A stretch of 64,000 nt of DNA, from NCBI GenBank assembly GCA_020137815.1, contig CM035356.1:3224001-3288000 (forward strand), in the 5' to 3' direction. The notes beneath the pieces were generated by a model. It had not been told where the DNA came from and ran no database searches. It worked only from the letters and a program-made list of their open reading frames with translations. Each line of letters begins with the position of its first letter. The first letter of the stretch is position 1. This document shows positions 11,401 to 43,462 of the stretch, piece by piece. The position numbers and the translations under genes were made by a program. Origin of the DNA: Hormiphora californensis. Lineage: Eukaryota; Animalia; Ctenophora.

Positions 11401-14400
11401 TACTTGGTAATACTGAGACCTTTATGCCTGAAACCACAGATAAGCAGAGGTTAGCGGATGACTTTGCGGACTTCTTTGTTGGAAAAGTTGATAAGATCCG
11501 GTCTACTGTTATTGGAGAGAAGAATCTGAGGACTAAGAGGAACCCTATTCATCAGACACCCGTCTGTTGTTTTGAGGAATTTGAGGAAGTTTCCCCAGAG
11601 AAACTAAAGAGGATAATCAAAGACATGCCAGACAAGACATGTGATCTTGACCCTATACCGACTTGGTTAGTGAAGGGGTGTATGCATGAGCTAGCTCCAG
11701 TCTTGTGCAGGTTTATTAACCTATCTCTTGGATGTTCCAGTGTTCCTGAACTTCTCCAGCAAGCTTTGGTGTTTCCCACGATTAAGAACCCTTATGGCGA
11801 TAAGGACACTTTGACCAATTATCGGCCAGTCTCCAACCTATCTTTTGTCTCCAAACTTCTTGAAAAGATAGTTCTAGAGCAGCTCAACTCGTATCTCAAT
11901 GAGAACGAGTTACTAAATAAGCATCAATCAGGTTACAGGGTGAATCATAGCTGTGAAACCCTACTGATGGGTATGTTTGATGATCTCCTTCGGGATATGG
12001 ATGAAGGAAAGGTCGCAGGCCTCTTTCTATTAGATATGAGCGCCGCTTTTGACACAGTGGACCATGGAAAGCTGCTAGAAGTTCTTGAAGGACGGTTTGG
12101 AGTGAGGGGTTCTGTCTTGGATTGGTTCGCCAACTATCTACAAATGAGGACTTATCGGGTAAACGTGGAAGGGGAACTTTCGAGGATTGTCTCTCTGATT
12201 TGTGGAGTTCCGCAGGGTTCACTGCTTGGACCTGTGTTGTTTTTACTGTATGTGGAGGAATTGCAAGATTTGGTCAAACCTTATGGCTTGAGGATTAAAC
12301 TTTATGCTGATGACTCGCAATTGTACATCAGCTTTGTACCAACTGATGAGGAAAACTGGAAACTGGCAAAGGAGAGGACTGAGGAATGCTTGTCAAGTGT
12401 GAAAGAGTGGATGAGTGAGCACTGGCTAAAGTGCAATGAGGCAAAGACTGAATTCCTGCTGTTAGGCAAAAACAGTGCCCTGGATAAGATGGTGTATCAG
12501 CCCACTGTGGACTTTGGTGGAGTGGAGATAAGCCCAGTGGACTTTACGGGTAATGCAGGAAAAACACTAGGAGTGTTCCTTGATAGCAACCTCTCAATGG
12601 AGAGACAAATCAACAGTGTTAAGAAACAATGTGGTTTGCTTTTGAAGAATCTATGGCAAGTAAACCGATGTCTGGATAAATCGACCAAGATACTCCTTGT
12701 TAAGCAGCTCATCATTTCAAGATTGGATTATTGTAATGTCCTTTACCATGGCTTACCTAAGAAGCTTCTCAACAGCCTTCAGAGAGTCTTGAACTCGTGT
12801 GTCAGATTTGTTTATGGCCTATACGGTCACCAAGACACCTACATGCCATACTTGAAAGAGTTGCATGTTCTTCCTGTGGAACAACGAGTCACGTTCAAAG
12901 CATGCCTCATGGCGTACAAGATTGTACATGGATTGGCCCCTGACTACCTGCAAGATCAGGTCCCTGTTGATGATGGACTTCATGTGATCCGGGCTACTAG
13001 AGGAAATGCTTGGCCTGATGGCCTCAAGCTGAAGTACCCTAAGCTATCAAGTGTCAATGCGACTTCCAAGTTGAGAAGAAGACGTCCGTCGGTTTACCTG
13101 CCTGAAGTCTGGAATGGGCTTCCCCTTGATCTGAGAGCTGTTGAGTCTGTGGAATCTTTCAAGTCTAAGCTCAAGACTAGTCTTTTCACTGAGGCTTTTG
13201 GTGAGACTGGACTGTCCTCTTAACACTCTCCTTCTTGCTGAGGTATGTGCTCTGGCTGGTACCCGTTTTTAATTGTTTTTCTGTATTATAGCTCGTGGCG
13301 AGCAGAAGTGTGAAGCATAAATTGGGGTTTTTCATAGCACGAGTGTTTTTCTGTGTTTCCAATCTACGGACTTTTATATCAATTTTTAGAGTTCCAGGAC
13401 TCTAACTCAGTCTGTTATGTATTCAGTCACCGATAGTTATGTGAGCCGATAGTAATGTGAGCCGGTGTATTTTTTCTTTATTATTTTTTTTTTTGTTCTA
13501 TTAGGGATAAGTTTGCGAGGTCTTACCAGTATATTAACCGTTCAGATCATCCTTCAGTGACAGTAGCAGTTCTGCTGCTCTGTCCCTGTCGGATATGGGC
13601 GGAATATAAACATAGTTATTATTATTATTATTATTACATGTGCACTAGCAAACTGAGAATTGGGGCGGGGGCGCTAAAATGCTGAAAAACAAAACTGAAT
13701 GAAAAATTGAATGAAACGATTACCCTGCACCTCATGCATAAGCGCGCTATGCTCCGATATTTCGCTACAGCTGAAGCAAGCTGTTCCTTTTTTCTTACCA
13801 CAGCAGGATTTCATGTTGATTCAATTGCTCTCTACGTGTTGATGATCTGCATCTCTCCTCTTGCTATTATGTTGTATTGTTGAGTAAGGGGTTACTCAAC
13901 AAGTTTATATGTTGTCAGACTCAGCATCTGAATGTGTAATTGTTTGCTTTTTGTATCTGCTGAAGCTGTGTGTTTGCCTGCAGCAGCTGTATAATTTCCT
14001 CACGACCCCCATTGCCCAGCATACCTCCCTGTGTGTGTAGGATAGTGGCAGTGGCACGACAAGACGGACATCCCATCACATCGCCCCTCCTTCTGATTTC
14101 AACTCCGATCATCAGGACGCACCAGCAGTTCGTTCTTTTTGGGAGAGAGTGGTGGATTGGTTGTGGGGAGGAAGAATGCGGGACAGCAGCACTGTGCTAA
14201 ACAATCCCCAAAAAGAGACTATTTCCTCCCTTGGCGTAGTTGTGGAATCATGATGACAAAGAACATAAACATTTGAATGTTATAAAAACGATAATTCGGT
14301 AGAAAACAATATTTCGCTGACCCGCTATCTCAGATTTAATTGTTATGCACAGAGATTTCATTTCTCGGCGTGGAGCATGCCAATATTGTAACAACTTAAA

Positions 14401-14568
14401 CACTTTCATTTGTTTTCAACAACATCATTGAGTCTATTATTTTACTTTTCTACCCTTCAGATCATCTTTTCTGAGCTTCTCCTTGATGTCCCTGACGAGG
14501 TTTCGTTCCGCGTTCAAACTGCACTGCTTCAACAGGGTCTCAGAGGAGTCATCCAAAATGGAACCTAG
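3313..14568 (+). CDS. Rhodopsin-class (class A) orphan GPCR; exons 3313-3426, 3615-3743, 4111-4263, 4395-4461, 4726-4836, 5500-5624, 5792-5962, 7257-7384, 8434-8575, probable last exon 14461-14568
   Basis: Seven hydrophobic segments with GN (TM1), LSD (TM2), C...TIR (TM3), W (TM4), FFIP (TM5) and NCAANPILY (TM7). All introns are GT-AG with consistent phase; the last exon is less certain. Confidence 0.85.
3792..4127 (+). repeat. 39-41 bp tandem array of 3' splice site plus exon start (8 acceptors)
   Basis: Unit gcttcaggcaayactgacccctctattctcccc(ct)ctccag; exon 3 begins GCTTCAGGCAACACTGA at 4111. Confidence 0.95.
5388..5490. repeat. (CT)n microsatellite directly upstream of an acceptor
   Basis: About 100 bp of CT dinucleotide ending at cccag 5499. 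Confidence 0.95.
7158..7257 (+). repeat. 50-bp tandem duplication of a 3' splice site
   Basis: gtctgctaggct.tatattctaaccctytctccacatcccctaatctagg twice; the second copy precedes the TM7 exon. Confidence 0.9.
9003..10292 (+). CDS. LINE ORF1, gag-like protein with three CCHC-type zinc knuckles
   Basis: 429-aa ORF with CFHCQRFGHVAGSIYC, CAFCTGDHDTRSC and CVNC...H...C. Confidence 0.9.
   Translation: MSGVATHDVIMCRNDMEGKLLATSYSDRCKGASILQSIKDDAVEPPSGASKAVLWTMVKELYGLLPETRRISTHSSESVTSFTAEDLKDTLDKLKEDLLSTLPDLVAPKVSKILAPGSDQLAIHAVNRIGSAQETVTPVTPIKRYLTIKDKGEEGPMCEKKWTTVVKTKVEKALNKIPVLDLSVTKRRTNLMFETDEQLEQAKEVLSPFLDVSPVVEKEKKRDPRIMINDLDQDLLEKDRLLSEIVSDKNESVKRLVEEGHLVKVVHVNRTGRYAVFQVSPEVRKAISERKDKLFLKLRQHSVRNRFYVTQCFHCQRFGHVAGSIYCPNKDKSPVCAFCTGDHDTRSCHAKKENVVSRMKCVNCDHGGSREDKRHAQSHPASSSMCPFYVNAKGRLMESTSGVTKQEKNVYLTRAWEDLRGKRLGGLAH
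10247..13223 (+). CDS. LINE ORF2 (apurinic endonuclease + reverse transcriptase), with a 1-nt frameshift near 10357
   Basis: IGTLNVHSIMNK (frame of 10247) then LVQET, MGDFN, SDHF, YRPVSNL, PQGSLLGP, YADD and an L2-type C-terminus SRLDYCN...LHVLPVEQR (frame of 10365). Confidence 0.92.
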
Positions 14569-14608
14569 GAGTGGAAAGAGTATTGTAGTTTGTACGGCTA
14601 ACATGGGG

Positions 14609-14703
14609 TCACGTGATGCCCATGTATGGTGTTATCTGTCACGTGATGCCCATATATGGTGTTATCTGTCACGTGATGCCCATATATGCATGGTGTGTTT
14701 CAG
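14609..14703 (+). repeat. 30-bp tandem repeat x3 ending in an acceptor-like gtttcag
   Basis: tcacgtgatgcccatrtatggtgttatctg repeated. Confidence 0.85.
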
Positions 14704-14925
14704 AGGACAGAGGATGCATCCAAAATATAAACTACTAGGAGTGGAAACTATTGTATGATTTCTAAAACTCGATCCATCATAAATTAGGCACATGTCCATT
14801 ATATAGTGACATGTTCATAAAGGCACACTATGCGGCATACAATGTCATAATAGTACATATATATGACATGTTGTGCTACTCAACCACTTAGTACAAAGAA
14901 TATGTATACAGTACTGGGCCACCAC

Positions 14926-35513
<20,588 letters not shown>

Positions 35514-35839
35514 GGTGATATATATCCTCTTGCCCGTCCTGTGCAGGTGGACTTGCAGGTTTAAACCAGCTGCGACAGCTGAGCGAGATCACTTCAAAAC
35601 TTGAAATGGCAAACACTAATATATAATATATATCAATGCAAAGACAGAGGAGCTCAGAAAGATAATACGTTGTCATGGTTTCGAGAGGGTGTGAGACTAT
35701 AAACAGGGAGACAGCGGACTTTGAGTCGGAATGAGGTTCCTAAAATAAGCTACTTATACTTTTAGAAACGGATCATGACTTCTCAGCATTGAGAGAGAAA
35801 CATAGAGGCAGTTTTCAAGAAATGAGTGACAGAGTTTTT

Positions 35840-35946
<107 letters not shown>

Positions 35947-36064
35947 TGATAGAGGGAGAAGATATGTGGGTTTTAGTCCGCGTGCCACCATATGTGGGAG
36001 GGTCCAAAGATATCCCTGCACTCTGCAGGAGCACTCCTCTAGTCCTCTCTCAATGAAGAATACG

Positions 36065-36782
36065 ATTCATGAGTATCGTATAGGTAGCTCTAGGCTCTCA
36101 AGACTGCTGCTAGGTTCGAGACAGCACGACAAAGCGCACGATTCTGCAACAAGTGTCAAACCTATCAATCGGTGATATATATCCAACAAAAAGGCGTCTG
36201 GTAATTGCAGTAAGATCACCTTTGAACCTTGTAGGATAAGAGAAATGCTTTATAGACAACGCTATAAGTGAGAAATTGGCTGAAATTCATGAGTATCGTG
36301 AGAAATTGGCTGAAATTCATGAGTATCGTATAGGTAGCTCTAGGCTCTCAAGACTGCTGCTAGGTTCGAGACAGCACGACAAAGCGCACGATTCTGCAAC
36401 AAGTGTCAAACCTATCAATCGGTGATATATATCCAACAAAAAGGCGTCTGGTAATTGCAGTAAGATCACCTTTGAACCTTGTAGGATAAGAGAAATGCTT
36501 TATAGACAACGCTATAAGTGAGAAATTGGCTGAAATTCATGAGTATCGTGAGAAATTGGCTGAAATTCATGAGTATCGTATAGGTAGCTCTAGGCTCTCA
36601 AGACTGCTGCTAGGTTCGAGACAGCACGACAAAGCGCACGATTCTGCAACAAGTGTCAAACCTATCAATCGGTGATATATATCCAACAAAAAGGCGTCTG
36701 GTAATTGCAGTAAGATCACCTTTGAACCTTGTAGGATAAGAGAAATGCTTTATAGACAACGCTATAAGTGAGAAATTGGCTG
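36065..36782. repeat. 250-bp unit tandem repeat (~2.9 identical copies)
   Basis: Units start at 36065, 36315 and 36565; each junction contains a doubled 30-mer gtgagaaattggctgaaattcatgagtatc. Confidence 0.95.
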
Positions 36783-36914
36783 CAGTAAAAGAATCAAATG
36801 AAGCTGTAGCAGTGTAGTGGTGGATGCCCCCTGCAACTAATTCGCATTGCTAAATAATCTCAGATGTTACGCGTGCTCCTCTCGCCATGCTTCTTACACG
36901 CTACATACAAGATG

Positions 36915-37097
<183 letters not shown>

Positions 37098-38252
37098 TCG
37101 CCTTTGCTTGCATGAAGTATGGAGGACGATATACTGCGGCCAGAAGAACAATCAAAGAAAGCGCACAGTAAAGGATGAGCTGTTAAACATTTTAATGTCA
37201 CATGCGGATCTCTCTTCAGATTTCCGGAAAAAGATCTTTTTGGCTAACTCACAATTTAATGACTAAAGAATATAACGACTGCATCGTCTGGTGATGAGAG
37301 AAAGAAAAGCCATGCATATACAATGTGGCCGTGGTCAATGTGAAATTAAACGAAGAATGATCGATTTATTTCAGCAGCTTGTCGGTGGTCGATACACAAC
37401 TTTTTGATAACATGCACGTCACAGTGAAATAAAACGATACTAGATGGTGGGAATATGGTGAAGATATTGAATGGGGTTTTATACTGATTTTAAACACCAT
37501 GACTTCCGGTATATTGACGTATTGATTTCCGCACTTTTGTATTATGTTCCGCCTTTGTGAAGCATCATCTAAAGGTGTGTCTTTAGAAGTTTATATCCCA
37601 TTGTGACAATAATAGTACACAACGTCCGCACTCGACAATAGGTCCGTTGTTAGTCTGTGTATTATAATAGCAGCTCCCCTGCCTTGTTAAAACGGGGTGT
37701 TGTCCGGGTAGTATAACATACCCAATGTGTCCTTAATGTGTCCTCAATGTGTCCTCAAACGTTCCGTAGGCAGTATGTTATACTACCGTTGTCCGCACAT
37801 TTTAGAGAGATTCAATGTAATGCCTCTTTTTTATAGTCGTTGAACACTTCATAACGATTTCGCAATTCATCGGATAACTGCCCATCTGGTTATATATATT
37901 AAAGTCCTTCCATTTTCGCAGTTCCTTCTAATTCTGTGAAGAAATGTAGTTATGTATCCTCATGTCTAGCCATAAACAGCTAACTACAGCGGTTATCCAT
38001 TGCAATAACTGCACTATAAAACGCCTGATTTGAAGTTTATTGATGCCATTTCTAGCTGCCGTTTTGATTCTCAACTGTGCAGTGATCTCAGATCGGGTGC
38101 CGCCAGACAGGTGATCACTGATCCCTAGGGCTAGAGATATGATCGAATTATTTATTTATCACCTCACATTGTAACTAAACGATAAACACCCTATAGGATT
38201 CCCTTATTTGTGTAACTTAACAAAACACCCACATAGAGATCAGGAGCAGATC

Positions 38253-39975
38253 ATGTTGAAGTTTGTCAGTGTTGCGGTCCTCGTGGTGATGATGTCGTCC
38301 CTTGTCAGCGCTGATCAGGAGGGCTGTTCCTACTACGACCCAGTCCTGGGAGGTGTCTACGGTCTCTGTGATATGAAGGCCTACTGCAGCTACGGGTGCC
38401 ATGTAAGTTCTGTAGGACACTCATAGAAGAATTATATGTTCGGTAACCAATTCTGGTTACACAATCTGATCTCGGATAAGTTTTTAAAACAAGTTTAGAC
38501 TATTAAAAAAGTTTGCTGAGCATTGAGCACGCTACTATATCAGTATTATAGGGCCTAATACTTATAAATGTCAACTTATCCTTCACACAGCGAAACCAAT
38601 GCTGGAAGCAGTGCGGAAACGCCGAGGATATCTGTGTTCGAGAAACCCGAGCCTTCGCCCTTGCCGTTAACAAGGATGGTACGTAACTAAAGTATCTATT
38701 AGTTAACTAATAAGTTGCTAACTAATAACTATTAATAACTACAATAGCTCCACAGAAAACCCTGTCCAGTGTCCAGGCTCTGACTGTAAAATTATTAGAA
38801 ATTAGAAACTATAATATCCCCTTCAGGAACTCTTTTAACCTGTGACTATCACTTCAAGAACTCTTTTAACCTGTGACTATCACTTCAAGAACTCTTTTAA
38901 CCTGTGACTATCACTCCAGGAACTCTTTTAACCTGTGACTATCACTTCAGGAACTCTTTTAACTGTGACTATCACTTCAAGAACTCTTTTAACCTGTGAC
39001 TATCACTTCAGGAACTCTTTTAACCTGTGACTATCACTTCAAGAACTCTTTTAACCTGTGACTATCACTTCAGGAACTCTTTTAACCTGTGACTATCACT
39101 TCAAGAACTCTTTTAACCTGTGACTATCACTTCAGGAACTCTTTTAACCTGTGACTATCACGACGATTGCAAGAACGAGATCGACTTCACCAAAGCAGGA
39201 TCCAGGTAATAATAATATTAATAATCTCTATTATAATTTGGAGATGAACGACGTCGAAGTGGTGGTCGTTCGTTAGGCGGTATCTAAGCGACAGACTGCT
39301 CCTTCATAAAATACTTCATGTACCCAAAGCTGTAAAGCTGTTGCTCACACTTTTGGAACTTCCAGTGGAAGTTTGAAAATGTTTTTGAATGAGTTTTAAC
39401 ATGCCAGTCCCTATAGTTAACAATTCAGTTGCCATGACAACCGTGTTGACGTTGAAAGGGCGAAAAGAACCACCCGGCGAAGCCGGGTGGGTTATCAAAA
39501 GGCCTTACTTGAGGCGCACCCAATGGGTGCGCTAGTCTATATTATAATTTGGAGATGAACGTCGTGATGGCCGTTCGTTCAGCGGTATCTAAGCGACAGA
39601 CTGCTCCTTCATAAAACACGTCATGTACCCAAAGCTGTAAAGCTGTTATATTCACACTTTCTGAAGTTTCAGTGGAAGTTTCTTAATATTTCGAATGACT
39701 TTTAACAGGCCAGTCCCCATAGTTACCAATTCAGTTGCCATGGCAACCGTGTTATTGACGTTGAAAGGGCGAAAAGAACCACCCGGCGAAGCCGGGTGGG
39801 TAATCAAAAAGCCCTTACTTGAGGCGCACCCAATGGGTGCGCTAGTTAACTAAATAAAGATTTTGGCCACACGACCAACTCGACATGTACTCTACGCAAA
39901 GTATTCTAAACTCCCTTCAATTTCTAAACTCACTAAACCATTTCCAGGTGCATCTACTCCGACCCCAAGTGGTAG
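38253..39975 (+). CDS. Secreted cysteine-rich peptide, 111 aa, 10 Cys; exons 38253-38402, 38591-38678, 39136-39205, 39948-39975
   Basis: MLKFVSVAVLVVMMSSLVSA-DQEGCSYYDPVLGGVYGLCDMKAYCSYGCHRNQCWKQCGNAEDICVRETRAFALAVNKDGTLLTCDYHDDCKNEIDFTKAGSRCIYSDPKW*; intron phases 0, 1, 2 are all consistent. Confidence 0.85.
38821..39161 (+). repeat. 31-bp tandem array of acceptor plus exon start (11 copies, 6 CAG / 5 CAA)
   Basis: Unit cttcarGAACTCTTTTAACCTGTGACTATCA; the last copy runs into exon 3. Confidence 0.95.
39224..39845 (+). mobile_element. Head-to-tail dimer of a ~311-bp non-autonomous Helitron
   Basis: Each unit starts TC(T)..tattataatttggagatgaacg and ends with hairpin gcgcacccaatgggtgcgc overlapping CTAG; the dimer is inserted between A and T. 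Confidence 0.85.
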
Positions 39976-41161
39976 AGAGACCTCAACAAGAAAGCCCAAA
40001 TAAACATATATAACGGACACTGCTGCACTTCACCCTTATCATAATACATATCTAGCTGGTTATAATATCTCTCTAAACAGACACTATAATATCTCTCTCC
40101 CCTCTGCCTGTTGAACTATGTCGGACATACTACCACCACCTCTTTATTGATCCTTTTCGCTGCTTCTTATATAGTGTTTCTCTCTCTCACATAAACACTT
40201 ATATTACATCTCTCTCTCTTATTATTTTACTAGGTACCATCAACATCATGTATAACATATATGAGAGATATTTTAATTCTCATGATATAACATGTTCGGA
40301 GAGTAATCTTGAGTGGGCTGTTAGCTTTTAAATCCAAAACAGAATTGTTATGTTTAAATTTTGAATTTCTTGATGCCAATACATAATGCTCTCTTGAATT
40401 TGTACCATAAAGGATGACTACAAAATATACCATGCACAGGACAAGTACATCAAAGCAACGGAAAGCCTATCGTTTCCCTTTTCAAACCCAATTTATCAAA
40501 CACACAAACTGTTCCATGGTTGTTCATTATATGTCCCAGTTACTATGGTAACTGACCAGGGTTCAGTTGTCCGATAAACAATGATATAATGGTACTCCTT
40601 CATGTTGTTTTTCATATGGATCATACTGCCAACTTACCTTTTTCGAATAAAAAGGGTTTGAACAAAACAACTGCGGCCAACTCATAGTTCCAGAAAATAA
40701 TTTCGATTGATCAGAGAATTAAATGTGAAAACATTGGGATACTGCCTGACATCAAAAACAGTGTGGCGTGTAAGTTTTAATTTGAAGTCATGAAAAACTT
40801 AATCTTTTGGATAATAACGATAATATTTTAATTATCATGCCTAGCGTTTATATGCGTTCCGTGAAATGAGAATAGGACAGGACCGAAACCGTTTTATCAC
40901 TGCACTATAACAAGCAGCCTTGCTATATCACATATTATAAGCAAAGCCAATTTATCTTTTCAGTGTCTTTAAAAATTTAAATAAAAACGTTCTTCATGAT
41001 CAGCGACTCTCATCATTGCTGCATCAGTCTCGGCTGGTGTTTTTCAAAAACATATTGTCATTTCTGTCACACTTGTTGATTGACACTTGTTAAGTGACAC
41101 TGGGTCAGTGGGTCAGTGGATCATCTACTGTCAGAACAGTGTCATGTATGGATCTGCTGAA

Positions 41162-43425
41162 CTAGTTGATGAGGGCCAATAAAACTCTCCTGTAGTCTCC
41201 ACTTGTATCATCCTGAACAGAGAGAGAAAGAGAGGGAGTGTTAATTACTACTTGGGTTGAGGGTTTACCATAATAATTGTCACTGAACTGTGTTCACCAT
41301 AACACCCTTGTTCCATGGGCAGAATTCGGCAAAATTTAGGCTGAATTACGCCTTTTAGGCCGAATTCTGCGGCCGAATTACGCCGCAGAATTACGCCTTG
41401 TGCACAGGCCGAATTACGCCTAAAAGGCGTAATTCGGCCTTTTTGGTAGCCCCTCGGGAGGGTGTTATTCACACATCTAATTGATCAATGAAATAACTCA
41501 GTAGATCTCTCTTTCACACCATGCTTAATTAGGGCGTGAAAAACCATCTCACACGGAGTTTGTGCATCTGTGTGTCAGTATTTTTTCCCTGCCCGGGTGA
41601 ATGCCGAAGGCATTCACCCGGATGCCTTTTTACTTTGTAAAAAGGCATAGCAGGGTTAGAATTCGAAAACGACATTTTGGTATACTAACTAATCGGTAGA
41701 GGGACCATTTTGGTCACACTTTAGTTGCGAGGGCAACGGTGTAGCAACAAGAGCCGCGCACACAGTTACGAGCTGCTCCTTCATAAACCACTTCATTGGC
41801 ACGTTTTCAGGAAATGTGTGGCGCGCAATGTGGCGGCGTGGCGCGCAATTTATTGCTACTAAAACACAAGGATTTGCTCTATACTGTTTGTGTGATATAT
41901 AAATGATCGGGATTTTGTGTCCCGCTTGCTGCTACAGCGGATCTGGTCATGATTTCCTTTCTTCATAGATTCACATGGCAGGGAAATTCAGCATTATGTT
42001 AGAACATAATGCAATTAATCTTGTTCTTCCCTTGGAACCGAAGTGCTCACTTTCAAACGGCAGACCGTTTTGCGGAGTTCTGCCCATGGAAGTAGGGGGT
42101 TATACACGGTTCCGTGGATGGTCATATATAAATAATGGGATAGAAAACGTTTAATTACTGTCATGCTCAGACAGTTTAATTAGGAATGCTCAATATTATT
42201 AAATTAATATGATTTATACCTTGACATCTTTGGCAAGTTCACGGGATGTCAGTTTTCTGTAGGAATCCTTGATAGAAGATAGGTCCTTGTCTGCTCGGGT
42301 TACTATTATCCTCGTGAGAGTACCCTCGTCAGTGCCTCGTCCCTGATTTAGAATGTAATAATATATCGATTAGTTCCGATTAAAACTAATTAAAACTCGG
42401 GTCAAATCACTGTACTGTTGTTCAAACTGGGGAATGAGGGTCGAGCAAGGTTATCTACACTCTACATTCTACGGTGATTCTGGATTCATTAAATCCAACA
42501 CACGAGGTGTTTATGTTGCATTAGAGACAGTCCACGTCTCATTCAAACGTGGACTGTCCCATTTACAAGTCTGTGTTTGGCAGTACTAAATACCACCGCC
42601 GGTACTAAGGGCGCGATCACACCAAGATCTTCGAAAGAATTCTTTCGAAGCACCAAACCCAATCACACCAAAATGTTTCGTTTGGTTCTTGCGTGCGGAT
42701 GGCTGTTGTATGCTTTTCACTGTCGTCAGAGTCAAAAACTAGCAATAGACATACGCACGCAAGAACGAAACGAAACATCTTGGTGTGATTGGGCTTGGTG
42801 CTTCGAAAGAATTCTTTCGAAGATCTTGGTGTGATCGCGCCCTAAAATGTGATTCTTTTGTTTCCAAAGTTTGTGTGTGTATGCATAATGCCAATGAATG
42901 AGATCTGTTCAGGATTAAATTTGATTTTAATCAATCCATTCTTCCACAACCGTGATCTGCCCGCTGTATGTTTCCCCTTCACTGTTGTACAGTAGGGCGT
43001 GTATGTGTGTGAGAGAAAGTGAGATTAGCAGCCAGAGAAGATATTAAAAATCTTGTTCCGATATGCATAATGCAACTGCTTTCCCCTTACAGTATTACCA
43101 TAAGAAAGAAACCTGTACTAAAATAAAGCTTCAAGAATTCCGTATTCACCGGCTGAAAAAGCAGTTTTCACATGGTAAATCTTTCTAAGCTCTTTGTACA
43201 AGATTTCTTACTCAGTTTCTTGATTCAAGCTCTCCCTTCGCTAAGCTTTACACCTGTTATACTTGTAGCTCTTCTGTAGGACGTTTGTCCAATGCGGTTG
43301 AGGTAATGAGGTATAATCCTCCATGACCATCCGGCACCCTCTGTTGCTATAATTGCCAGTACTTAACTCCATTCTCCTCAAATCTCTTTCTGGGGTCTCT
43401 CTCACTCACTCTTTCTCTCTCTCTA

Positions 43426-43462
<37 letters not shown>

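Larger units (their letters stand above)
8623..13636 (+). mobile_element. Near full-length non-LTR retrotransposon (L2/CR1 group) in GPCR intron; 5' boundary approximate
   Basis: ORF1 plus APE-RT ORF2, a 3' UTR hairpin (~13558-13585) and a (TTA)n tail at 13616-13636. Confidence 0.92.

Noticed and set aside
9074-12715. Antisense ORFs within the LINE, and overlapping short ORFs in the LDLa-GPCR
   Set aside because: Shadow frames of real coding sequence with no recognisable motifs.
8618-13641. CATGT as target-site duplication of the LINE
   Set aside because: Only 5 bp and could be chance; used only as an approximate 5' boundary.
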